Notes under the pieces: model-generated | The model's input: the letters and a program-made list of their open reading frames with translations, nothing else | The model's database searches: none | Told to the model about the DNA's origin: nothing | NCBI GenBank assembly: GCA_050299435.1 | Contig: JBNKVX010000004.1 | Coordinates: forward strand, 224 to 64,223 | From: Cellvibrionaceae bacterium | GTDB lineage: Bacteria > Pseudomonadota > Gammaproteobacteria > Pseudomonadales > Cellvibrionaceae | Direction of reading: 5' to 3' | DNA length: 64,000 nt | Shown here: positions 1 through 8,810 of the stretch, one piece after another | Layout: every line of letters begins with the position of its first letter | Numbering within the stretch: position 1 is the stretch's first letter | Position numbers and translations under genes: made by a program

Positions 1-471
1 GTAAAAAGTATTTTGCAGGGGAGTTTTAGTCTGCTGGTGTTTGGCTGGGCTCAAATTGTTATGGACATACAACCACTGGTGGTTCTAATTACCGGCGAGG
101 GCCACCTTCATGGATTTACCCACACTTATATAGGCGCAACTTTAATCGCAATATTTTCCGCACTTAGTGGTAAATACCTTTCAGAGTGGGGTCTTAAAAT
201 TATCGGGGCTCATACTATAAGTATAAAATGGCCGATTGCTTTTATTAGCGCTTTTATAGGTAGTTTCAGCCACGTTCTACTCGATAGCATTATGCATAGC
301 GACATACAGCCATTTTTCCCATTCTCACTCGACAATAAGCTTTTGAATTTAGTTTCGGTGACAACGCTTCACAAAATATGCTTATATACTGGCTTGATAG
401 GCGCACTGGTGTATTTTGGCTTAAATTGGTTTCTAAAGAAAAATTCCAAAAACAATCATGAGTCCGTCTAA
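1..471 (+). CDS. Membrane protein, putative metal-dependent hydrolase family (5'-truncated)
   Basis: Frame 1 is open from base 1 (VKSILQGSF...). Hydrophobic segments carry D/H motifs: MDIQP, HLHGFTHT, SHVLLDSIMH. Confidence 0.6.
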   Translation, partial: VKSILQGSFSLLVFGWAQIVMDIQPLVVLITGEGHLHGFTHTYIGATLIAIFSALSGKYLSEWGLKIIGAHTISIKWPIAFISAFIGSFSHVLLDSIMHSDIQPFFPFSLDNKLLNLVSVTTLHKICLYTGLIGALVYFGLNWFLKKNSKNNHESV

Positions 472-1177
472 ATCTATAATTTTTTTTCTTCTTTTATTGA
501 TTACCAATTCTGGAATTTCAGCAGAAATACCTACGAGTGCGAGATCGGAAGCGTCAATTGCCAAAGTTAAACCTGAGTTAATATTTCAGTTAAAACGGGC
601 TGGCCTTGAATACGGCAGCCCCATCTATATAAGAATATTTAAGAAATCCTCAGAGCTAGAACTGTGGGTGAAGAATGGAGAAAAGTACGAACTGTTTAAA
701 ATATATGAAATCTGCAGATTTTCCGGGAAATTAGGCCCAAAGACTAAAGTAGGAGACAATCAAGCACCCGAAGGCTTCTATTTTGTTAAACCCGCTAATT
801 TGAATCCATGGAGTTCGTTCCATCTCTCATTTAATCTTGGTTATCCAAATAGCTATGAGCGTTACCATGGGTATACTGGCAGTGCGCTAATGGTTCATGG
901 GAAATGTGTGTCTGTCGGGTGCTACGCCATGACGAACCGATATATAAATGAAATATACGCAATGGCGCATGGGGCATTTGAGTCGGGGCAACCCTTTTTC
1001 CGGGTGCATGCATTTCCTTTCCGCATGGAAAACGATACATTGGAAAAATATAAATCACATAAATGGTACGCGTTCTGGCAAAACCTAAAAGAAGGGTACG
1101 ACTTATTTTCCAAGAGTCAGATTCCCCCCAATGTTAACGTTGAAAATGGTAGATATGTTTTTAGTGACGGCGCTTGA
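458..1177 (+). CDS. Murein L,D-transpeptidase family protein (YafK/DpaA-like)
   Basis: Signal peptide; IRIFKKSSELELW, GPKTKVGDNQAPEGFY, and catalytic HGKCVSVGC. Confidence 0.9.
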   Translation: MSPSKSIIFFLLLLITNSGISAEIPTSARSEASIAKVKPELIFQLKRAGLEYGSPIYIRIFKKSSELELWVKNGEKYELFKIYEICRFSGKLGPKTKVGDNQAPEGFYFVKPANLNPWSSFHLSFNLGYPNSYERYHGYTGSALMVHGKCVSVGCYAMTNRYINEIYAMAHGAFESGQPFFRVHAFPFRMENDTLEKYKSHKWYAFWQNLKEGYDLFSKSQIPPNVNVENGRYVFSDGA

Positions 1178-1279
1178 AGCTAACTAATTACGATTAAAAC
1201 AAACGAAAACCAATGTAAGAGAAGAACATAAGGTATTCCCATCAGTAACTCGTTCTCAAAAAGTGTGCGGTAAATACAT

Positions 1280-1774
1280 ATGAAAATTTTTATTTTAACG
1301 GTGCTCAACATAAGCCTTCTAGTTTCCTGCTCTACAAATGCGAGTTACGAAGATGTTGCGGGCATCGAGTTTGAGGAATTAAAAGTCCTTAAAAAGGTCA
1401 TGCCGAGATATAGGAGTAAGTATTATTCGCATGGGATCGAAGGTTATTCCATCGTTGAATTTACTGTTAACGAAAAAGGAAGGGTTCAGGACGCCAAAAT
1501 TGTTTATTCGGAACCTAGCGGACTTTTTGAAACAGACGTTTTGAAATCCACCGAAAAGTGGCGGTATAAGCCGAGAATTGTTAATGGCAAAGCCACAAAG
1601 GTAGAAAAAGTGAGCACCTACATACAGTTCTGTATATCAGGGGACGGTGAACATAATCCAAATGCGAATCGGGTCTGCCAAGACAAAGAATATTTCTTTG
1701 AAGTTCTCGAAAAATACGGCGTTAAGCTAGATTCAATATCGGATGAGTTTAATCAGAAATTACGCGATATGTAG
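1280..1774 (+). CDS. Lipoprotein with TonB C-terminal domain
   Basis: Lipobox LVSC; GIEGYSIVEFTVNEKGRV...KWRYKPRIVNGK is typical of TonB_C. Confidence 0.75.
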   Translation: MKIFILTVLNISLLVSCSTNASYEDVAGIEFEELKVLKKVMPRYRSKYYSHGIEGYSIVEFTVNEKGRVQDAKIVYSEPSGLFETDVLKSTEKWRYKPRIVNGKATKVEKVSTYIQFCISGDGEHNPNANRVCQDKEYFFEVLEKYGVKLDSISDEFNQKLRDM

Positions 1775-1909
1775 AGTTAGGGAAGCAGTTTTGAGTTGTT
1801 GGCTGTCAATAGAATCAGCCTTTCTTGAGTCCTATGAGACGGTAACTACCGATTCCCAAAATCTTCGCAAACCTGGAAACAGCATTAAAAATCAATAATA
1901 TAGACATCT

Positions 1910-1942
1910 TGGCGTAGTACTGACGTCGTTCTGGCGTAACGG
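1910..1942 (+). repeat. Three direct repeats with 11-bp period, candidate operator
   Basis: TGGCGTAGTAC / TGACGTCGTTC / TGGCGTAACGG, just upstream of the XRE gene. Confidence 0.6.
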
Positions 1943-1997
1943 AAATCAGTAATACTCGGGTATTTTTGGCTCTCCAATTTACCCGAGGAAGAGAACC

Positions 1998-2654
1998 ATG
2001 GAAATGAAAGCAAAATCTTCGTTAATCAGAAAACTACGCACCGAACGCCTTTGGTCACAGGAACATCTGGCCAAAATTAGTGGGCTTGGACTACGAACAA
2101 TTCAACGTCTGGAGTCTCGCGGAAGTGGCTCTAATGAGTCCATCATGGCACTGGCTTCTGTGTTTGAGGTTGATCCAGAAAGCCTGGTGTGGCGTGACGG
2201 TAGTTATCAAACCTACAGACACAGGCAATGGGGTACAGCCAGCTTGATGGGCCTGTTTATATTGGCGATTATCATCATTGTTGTTCATGATGTGACACAG
2301 ATCCTTCCCTCAGCCGCTATTGGGGTTCTTTTTGGTATTCTCACTATTGTTGCCGTTACTTTTAGCTCGATGACTATTGAGGTTAATGAAAGTGAAGTGA
2401 GTTGGTTTTTCGGCCCCGGTATTTTTAGGAAGCGTATTTTGCTGGAGGAAATTGGGGGCTGTTCAAAAGTGAAGAATCCAATTTGGATGGGCCTTGGTAT
2501 TCACGCCTTTGGTACTGGCTGGATTTATAATGTGTCAGGGCTGCTGGGAATCCAAATTGAGCTAAAGAGCGGTTCGTTCATTCGCCTTGGCACAGATCAA
2601 CCAAATTATCTGCTACAAGCTATTGAGGATGCGAAAGATAATTCTGAGAATTAA
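1998..2654 (+). CDS. XRE-family HTH regulator fused to a membrane domain
   Basis: N-terminal LRTERLWSQEHLAKISGLGLRTIQRLE, then two TM helices and a C-terminal domain; RBS GAGGA. Confidence 0.85.
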   Translation: MEMKAKSSLIRKLRTERLWSQEHLAKISGLGLRTIQRLESRGSGSNESIMALASVFEVDPESLVWRDGSYQTYRHRQWGTASLMGLFILAIIIIVVHDVTQILPSAAIGVLFGILTIVAVTFSSMTIEVNESEVSWFFGPGIFRKRILLEEIGGCSKVKNPIWMGLGIHAFGTGWIYNVSGLLGIQIELKSGSFIRLGTDQPNYLLQAIEDAKDNSEN

Positions 2655-2685
2655 ACGAGAGGAAGAGTTAATTACCTTTATTGAA

Positions 2686-3345
2686 TTATTTGGTAATGAT
2701 TGCTGCCCTCTTCCATTTCCCCTTTAATTTGCAATAGCGGTAGCTTCCTTCACCTGTATTGCCGTCTTTGTCCACAACAGTCACAGCCAAGTCACGGCAG
2801 GTGACTGTATCGATAAGGAAAGGTGCGCTTGATACTATAATTCCTGTGCGTGATGTCTGCTGGTTATGCCAACTATGAGGCGTATTTGACTCAGCACTTT
2901 CCAACGCAGAAGCTATGTGGTGCTTGAGAAAGTCTTTGTCGGATTCGGCCAGCTCTCTTATTAAGCTACTGGTTATTTCCCATTTTCCATTTTTATTGCA
3001 TAAGTCGAACGTATATTTTTCAGGTCGGTTACTGGCGCCACCAAAATGAAAAGACATTTTCCGACACAAGGTTTCATTGATGTTGTATGTGAGTTTTGAA
3101 ACGATTTCCACCTGAATTTTTCCGTCTTTAGATTCCCAGGTCACGTAGGTTTTGTCGGGCGCATTTGCGAGAGCGAGACCAATTTCTGTTTTTAACGACT
3201 TAATATCCTTGCCATCCATGTCAGATAGAATGCTATCTTTCAAAATGGACAATCCTGCTGCACCGACATTTGTCGAATACAGGACAATAATTGTCAACCA
3301 TACCGCATAATAATTACGGCCCAAAATCCGCTCAATAAAAAACAT
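2686..3345 (-). CDS. Exported protein with two tandem RT0821/17-kDa surface-antigen-like domains
   Basis: RBS AGGAG before ATG at 3345; signal peptide; duplicated pattern W...CR...C-K/N-x-x-GKW. Confidence 0.65.
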   Translation of the reverse strand: MFFIERILGRNYYAVWLTIIVLYSTNVGAAGLSILKDSILSDMDGKDIKSLKTEIGLALANAPDKTYVTWESKDGKIQVEIVSKLTYNINETLCRKMSFHFGGASNRPEKYTFDLCNKNGKWEITSSLIRELAESDKDFLKHHIASALESAESNTPHSWHNQQTSRTGIIVSSAPFLIDTVTCRDLAVTVVDKDGNTGEGSYRYCKLKGKWKRAAIITK

Positions 3346-3378
3346 ATTTCGTCTCCTGTAAAACATGTTTAATGGTTA

Positions 3379-3726
3379 CTATCCTGAATTAAGAGACGCC
3401 AGGTAACTCGAACCATATATTTCGATAAAGCTTTGCTGAGCCGTCGCTACTGCCAGAGCCAACACTAGACCAGTAAAAAGCAGACCAACAAATGCCAGTA
3501 ATACAGAAACCAGCCTGGAACTTTTTCGGCCCGGCTTCATGTCGCCATAACCCACGGTAGTCGCAGTAATAAATGCGAAATACAGAGAATCACCGAAAGA
3601 CCATTTTTCTGTTCTTTTTATTATCAGCGCGAGTATAACAATTATGAAAATGAAAAATAGGAACAATGGATATACCATTAGCAAACCCTTAAAGAACTTA
3701 TGCACAAAAAGCCAAGTAAACTCCAT
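3379..3726 (-). CDS. Minimal two-TM potassium channel (Ion_trans_2)
   Basis: Pore helix DSLYFAFITAT and filter TTVGYGD; no RCK domain. Start at 3726 or 3750. Confidence 0.9.
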   Translation of the reverse strand: MEFTWLFVHKFFKGLLMVYPLFLFFIFIIVILALIIKRTEKWSFGDSLYFAFITATTVGYGDMKPGRKSSRLVSVLLAFVGLLFTGLVLALAVATAQQSFIEIYGSSYLASLNSG

Positions 3727-3869
3727 GTTTGCGACCTCGGTTTGTCTCAAGAATCACAGTTTATCGTCATACGCAAATGAAAACCATACGGTGAATCTTA
3801 TCCACTTGATTTGACTTTGACGGCGGCAGTATCATGCATACTACCGATAGCAACTGGAATGATCGAGAA

Positions 3870-4460
3870 ATGAGCAGGATTATTTTAACTATTTCGTTTT
3901 TTATCTTTATGTCAGCTTGCAGTAGCGCCACCTTAAAGACTAATACCAACGTGTATACGCATGCACCCTTCGCTACTTTCACGACCTTTGCGTGGCAGGA
4001 TTTCAAAAATGACGGTTCTGTTCCAGAAGCTTCACAGTTACTCATTCGTTCACAAATACAAAAAGAACTCGTGAAAAATGGATATACGATGGTACCGAAG
4101 GAAGAAGCAGACTTTCTGGTTCGCTCAATCGTTAACATAGGAAATGCCAGCCAAACCAGCGGCCCCACAACAAAAAAAGAATTCACCGAACGTCGGATAG
4201 GCATTGACCGTCAAGGGCAATTCATCAACGTAGAGCAATTCAAGCAACGCCAAGAACTGGAAAAGCAACAAATCCAGATTCTTGAGACTGGTACTTTGAT
4301 GATTGACTATCTGGATGCAAGAACTGAAAAACTTTTAGTGCGATCGATAGCACAGAAAGTCCTTCCAGAAAACCCTGTTGATAAGCAAACTCAAAAGACT
4401 CGCGTACTGAAAGTGGTTTCAGATCTTGTAAATGAATTTCCGCCCGAGAATTCACGATGA
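3870..4460 (+). CDS. DUF4136 domain lipoprotein
   Basis: Lipobox MSAC; TFAW, GY...EEADFLV, GTLMIDYLDARTEKLLVRS. Start at 3870 (ORF track gives 3834). Confidence 0.8.
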   Translation: MSRIILTISFFIFMSACSSATLKTNTNVYTHAPFATFTTFAWQDFKNDGSVPEASQLLIRSQIQKELVKNGYTMVPKEEADFLVRSIVNIGNASQTSGPTTKKEFTERRIGIDRQGQFINVEQFKQRQELEKQQIQILETGTLMIDYLDARTEKLLVRSIAQKVLPENPVDKQTQKTRVLKVVSDLVNEFPPENSR

Positions 4461-7400
4461 TAGAGCTGATACATCCTGTGTTTTTTGTGCTTTAAACAAG
4501 GCCGCGTAGGCGGTAGGCACAAAACCCAGGGTCAATGCCGTTGCACCAAGCAAGCCAAAAATTATTGCGATTGCCATGGGTTCCCACATCACACCCCCAC
4601 CCAACCACAAAGGTATCATTCCCAGCACGGTTGTGGCGGTAGTTAACAATACCGGTCGCAAGCGTCTGCGCGCAGCTTCTTCGATTGCTGCGGCCACATC
4701 CAGCCCGTTCTCTTCCTGCTCGATTTGAATGCGATCAATCAATACGATTGCATTGTTTATCACAATCCCCGCTAGCGAAATGATACCCAGAATCGTCATA
4801 AAACCCAGATAGGATTTGCCAACAATCAAACCAAATACAACACCGATTATTCCAAGCGGTATTGTCATAAGAATGATTAGGGTTTTACGATAATTATTAA
4901 ATTGAACAATCAATAGCAACAAAATAATCATCGCTGCGATAGGTAATTTTTCTGATATAGATTGATTCGCTTTGCCAGACGATTCAGCTTCACCACCAAA
5001 CTCCCAAGAAAAATCTTTTGGCCAGCTCTGGCTTTCAGTGGTTAACCAGGTTGTGAGCAAAGCATTTACTTGAGTTGCTGTGTAACCGCTTTTCAGATCC
5101 GCAAATATAGAAACACTGGGTACTCGGTTGCGCCGATGAATAATGGCAGATTCCCACTGCAACTGGGGCTTGCCCAGTTGACCGGCAGGTACGCTTGTTT
5201 GAGAATTTTGCGCGAAAACGTTAATTGATGTGGGCAACAAAGTACCGTTAACAAACTCTCGTTCTGCTCTTAGAATAACTGGCAAGGTGATATCACCCTC
5301 GCGGTACTCTGATACCTTGACGCCACTCAAGCTAGTGCGAAGTGATTGTGCAACATCAATATTGGATATACCCAATCTGCTTGCGGTTACTTCGTCGATA
5401 TCAATGTACAGTTTTTTGGTTTGACGACCCCAGTCGTCAGAAATGTTTTTTGTACCGGATATATTTTGTAACTGTGATTTTACATTTTCACGTAACTGCA
5501 AAAGCGTGTTTTTATTTGGCCCTGCAATACGAATTTCAATGGGGTGCAGGATGGGCACGCCCATATCCAGCTTTCTCACAGATGCTGTGACGTCTACAAA
5601 ATTTTCATACAAATGAGCTTCTATTTTTGGAATAAGCTCGTTAACAATTTCGCCATTAGAGGCATTTACAACAAAAAAAGCATAATTCGGGCTGGCCAAT
5701 TTTGCTGAGTGGTTCAAAACATAGCGGGGACCGCCGTTACCTATATAACTAATCCAGTTAACAATGCCCGGCTTGTTTTCACCTTCAAGTAAATCATTTA
5801 AATACAATTCGAGCTGACTTACTGTAGATTCTGTTTTGCTTATAGGTGTCCCAATGGGCAACTCCAATTCAATTTTAAAATTGGGATCTTCTGATGGCGG
5901 GAAAAATACCGTTGGAATAAATCGAAAACCAAATATTGCAAGCATAAAAAGACTAAACATGATAAGCAGTGTCAAATACTTTTTATTTAGCATATGCGCA
6001 AGCAATACTGCGTAGATATTTTCTATTTTGGTGAAAATTCCTTGCTGTTCACTAGATTTTTTAATTTTAAGAAAGACGCTGGCAAACAGCGGGATCATTG
6101 TAATCGCCAAAACCCAGGACGTGAGCAACGCGATGGTAACAACTTTAAAAATAGGCGCGGTGTATTCGCCGGTGGACGACTCGGCCAAATAAATAGGAAG
6201 AAAAGCGGCAGCTGTTGTAAGCGATGAAATGAGCAAAGGAATTTTTAATTCCATTGCCGATGCATACGCTGCATTGTATCCACTTTGGCCTTCTTCCATG
6301 CGCGTGATGGTGCTTTCTGACATTACAATCGCATTATCTACAAGCATGCCGAGTGCAATCATCAGGGCCGCTAGGGAAACTTGATCTAGCCCGATTTTAA
6401 AATAATTCATTAAAGTGATCGTAGCGAAAATGGTTACGGGTATAAGCGACGCCACAACAAGGCCTGTTCTCAAGCCGAGCGTTAACAACATAGTAAATGT
6501 CACAACTGCGATGGCCTGCAAGAGGTTTGTCACAAACGATTGAATGGTTTTTGTAACAAGGTAAGGTTGAAAGGCAACAATTTCAAAGCGGTAACCCCAC
6601 GGGTATATTTCCTGAAGATCTGATAACAATGCTTGTGTTTGCTTGCCCAAATCTACAACATTACCGCCCTCGGTCACGGATATGGCGAGGCTTAGGGAGC
6701 GTTGGCCGTTGGTGTGCACCAGTGTACGTGGAGGGTCGGTGTAGTCACGATAAACAGTTGCAATGTCTTCCATGGGAATAACACGTTTTGAACCGGGAAT
6801 GGGGATATACGTTTCACGAAGCGCCAGCACAGAATCGAGATCACCACTAGGCTCTACCGAGATGATTTCGTCATGGGTAATGATTTCACCACCAGAGGTA
6901 ATAATATTTTTGTTTTGTAAATATTGCGCAAGATAAGCTGGAGATAATCCATACTCTACGAGCTTGCTGTTATTGTATTCCACGTAAATACGTTCTTCCT
7001 GGGCGCCATAAATATCGACTTTTGCCACCAGCGGCAAAAGTAATAATTTATTCCGTACCTCATCGGCGACGTCCCGTGTTTCTGCCAGGCTAAACCCTTC
7101 ACCAATGATTGAAACAACTATTCCGAATACATCGCCAAAATCGTCGTTAACTTCTGATGGGTAAGCATCGTCGGGAAGTTCAACTTGTGCAGCTTCAACT
7201 TTTCTTCTCAATTTATCCCAAATGGGTCTTAGTTCAGAATAAGACTCTTTGATATTTACATTGATGATGGATATACCGGATTTGGATTGACTAACAATGC
7301 TATCCAGTTCGGGTAATTCCTGGATTTTCTTTTCCAGTTTGTCCGTTACCAGCAGTTCAACACGTTCAGGAGTGGCACCCGGCAAGCGTGTAATAACCTG

Positions 7401-7538
7401 AGCAGTTCGGATTTTAAAACCTGGATCCTGAGCTCTGGGAATATCAAAAAAAGCAGCAATTCCCGAGAAAAAAATGACAATAATTACCAGCCAGGTTACC
7501 TGACGTTTTGCCATGGCAAATCCGGTTATATTGGTCAT
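4452..7538 (-). CDS. RND efflux permease (AcrB/AcrD/AcrF family)
   Basis: 1028 aa; GMLVDNAIV, RLRPVLLTTATT and WEPMAIAIIFGL motifs. Confidence 0.95.
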   Translation of the reverse strand: MTNITGFAMAKRQVTWLVIIVIFFSGIAAFFDIPRAQDPGFKIRTAQVITRLPGATPERVELLVTDKLEKKIQELPELDSIVSQSKSGISIINVNIKESYSELRPIWDKLRRKVEAAQVELPDDAYPSEVNDDFGDVFGIVVSIIGEGFSLAETRDVADEVRNKLLLLPLVAKVDIYGAQEERIYVEYNNSKLVEYGLSPAYLAQYLQNKNIITSGGEIITHDEIISVEPSGDLDSVLALRETYIPIPGSKRVIPMEDIATVYRDYTDPPRTLVHTNGQRSLSLAISVTEGGNVVDLGKQTQALLSDLQEIYPWGYRFEIVAFQPYLVTKTIQSFVTNLLQAIAVVTFTMLLTLGLRTGLVVASLIPVTIFATITLMNYFKIGLDQVSLAALMIALGMLVDNAIVMSESTITRMEEGQSGYNAAYASAMELKIPLLISSLTTAAAFLPIYLAESSTGEYTAPIFKVVTIALLTSWVLAITMIPLFASVFLKIKKSSEQQGIFTKIENIYAVLLAHMLNKKYLTLLIMFSLFMLAIFGFRFIPTVFFPPSEDPNFKIELELPIGTPISKTESTVSQLELYLNDLLEGENKPGIVNWISYIGNGGPRYVLNHSAKLASPNYAFFVVNASNGEIVNELIPKIEAHLYENFVDVTASVRKLDMGVPILHPIEIRIAGPNKNTLLQLRENVKSQLQNISGTKNISDDWGRQTKKLYIDIDEVTASRLGISNIDVAQSLRTSLSGVKVSEYREGDITLPVILRAEREFVNGTLLPTSINVFAQNSQTSVPAGQLGKPQLQWESAIIHRRNRVPSVSIFADLKSGYTATQVNALLTTWLTTESQSWPKDFSWEFGGEAESSGKANQSISEKLPIAAMIILLLLIVQFNNYRKTLIILMTIPLGIIGVVFGLIVGKSYLGFMTILGIISLAGIVINNAIVLIDRIQIEQEENGLDVAAAIEEAARRRLRPVLLTTATTVLGMIPLWLGGGVMWEPMAIAIIFGLLGATALTLGFVPTAYAALFKAQKTQDVSALSS

Positions 7539-7540
7539 GG

Positions 7541-8650
7541 CTACTGTTCCTTGTCCAGCAATCGAACCTCCAAACCCTCATAAATTTGCGAAAGCCCGGC
7601 GGTAATCACTTTTTCCCCTGGTTTTAGCCCAGAAATAATTTCTACTTCGTTGACCGTAAAAACACCTGTTTTAACTTCGCGCTTATGCACCAGCCCTGAA
7701 TCACCATCAGCAGACGATTCGTAAACATAAACAAATGTACCACTGTCATCTTTACCAATGGCAACCAGCGGCACCCAAACATTGTTGCTGATTTTTGAGA
7801 ATGAAAACTGAAAGCCGACTTCTGCAGCCATACCAGGGCGCAACAAACGCTCCTGATTGTCCAATTGGACGGTAACGGGATAACCGGCATTAGTAGCACT
7901 ATTACTAATTTCTGAAACTGTGCCGGAAAATTTTCGCTCGCCCAAGCTAGCAAATTGCACTGTCACTGAATCCAGCGCCTGAACAGATGAAATAACGGAT
8001 TCTGGAATGGTAACCTCAACTTCAATAATGTTGCCGCAATTCATGGTCACGATGGGCTGGCCCGCACTGATATTTTCATTCAGGGCAGAGTGAACATCAG
8101 AGACCACACAGCCATCTGCTGGCGATTCAAGTCGGGAATAAGCAAGTTGCTGCTTGCTAAAATCCAGCGCCCCCTTGGCCTGATCTTTTTGGGCTAGAGC
8201 CTGTTCGTAATTGGTTTGGGCATTCTCAAATTCTACAAGCGAGAGCAATTGTCTTTTGTATAAATTCTGAACACGTAAAAACTGGGATTTGTAATTTTCT
8301 GCTAGTAATGAAGCTTTGCGAAACGCTGCCTCATCGGTTTGTACTTTAATTTTTAGATCCGTGTCATTCAGGCCAGCTATTAGAGTGCCGCTATCTACAC
8401 GCATTCCCACTTTTGCAGGAAACTCGATTATCGCCCCTCCTGTTCGAAAACTTAGAACAGAGCTCAGCGCCGCTTGGGAGCTACCGGCAAATTTCCTGAG
8501 AATTTCTCCATCCGAAAGGCGGGCATCGCTTACGCGAACCGGGCGTATACGTTTCTCAAGAGTGGGTTTTTCAGCGGAATCACAAGAAATCAACCCAAAA
8601 CTCAAGGCGATCAGCAAACTTACAGATTTGACAAGCCGGGACAGTTTCAT
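7541..8650 (-). CDS. RND periplasmic adaptor (MFP) subunit
   Basis: Lipobox LISC; helical hairpin, LRPGM and GLKPGEKVITAG; adjacent to the permease. Confidence 0.93.
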   Translation of the reverse strand: MKLSRLVKSVSLLIALSFGLISCDSAEKPTLEKRIRPVRVSDARLSDGEILRKFAGSSQAALSSVLSFRTGGAIIEFPAKVGMRVDSGTLIAGLNDTDLKIKVQTDEAAFRKASLLAENYKSQFLRVQNLYKRQLLSLVEFENAQTNYEQALAQKDQAKGALDFSKQQLAYSRLESPADGCVVSDVHSALNENISAGQPIVTMNCGNIIEVEVTIPESVISSVQALDSVTVQFASLGERKFSGTVSEISNSATNAGYPVTVQLDNQERLLRPGMAAEVGFQFSFSKISNNVWVPLVAIGKDDSGTFVYVYESSADGDSGLVHKREVKTGVFTVNEVEIISGLKPGEKVITAGLSQIYEGLEVRLLDKEQ

Positions 8651-8703
8651 GACAAATTTCCATTTTAGTTTTATATTGCTTAAAGCAGGGCTTAATAAAT
8701 TCG

Positions 8704-8720
8704 AGCATAATCATTCTTAA
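8704..8720 (-). promoter_or_regulatory. Possible Fur-like box upstream of the RND operon
   Basis: Minus strand reads TTAAGAATGATTATGCT, which partly matches the Fur consensus (GAGAATGATTATCA type). Confidence 0.3.
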
Positions 8721-8810
8721 TGACGAAAACAAGAATGGGAGCAGGAGAATAGAAGGCCGCATTCTGGAAAGCTGTCCTATAAAATAGGACCGAAATTGAG
8801 GGAAATAACA

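Noticed and set aside
1170-1285. Possible degenerate integron attC (GCTAAC after the stop, GGTAAAT before the next start)
   Set aside because: Neither core matches RYYYAAC/GTTRRRY, there is no internal dyad, no repetition between other genes and no integrase.
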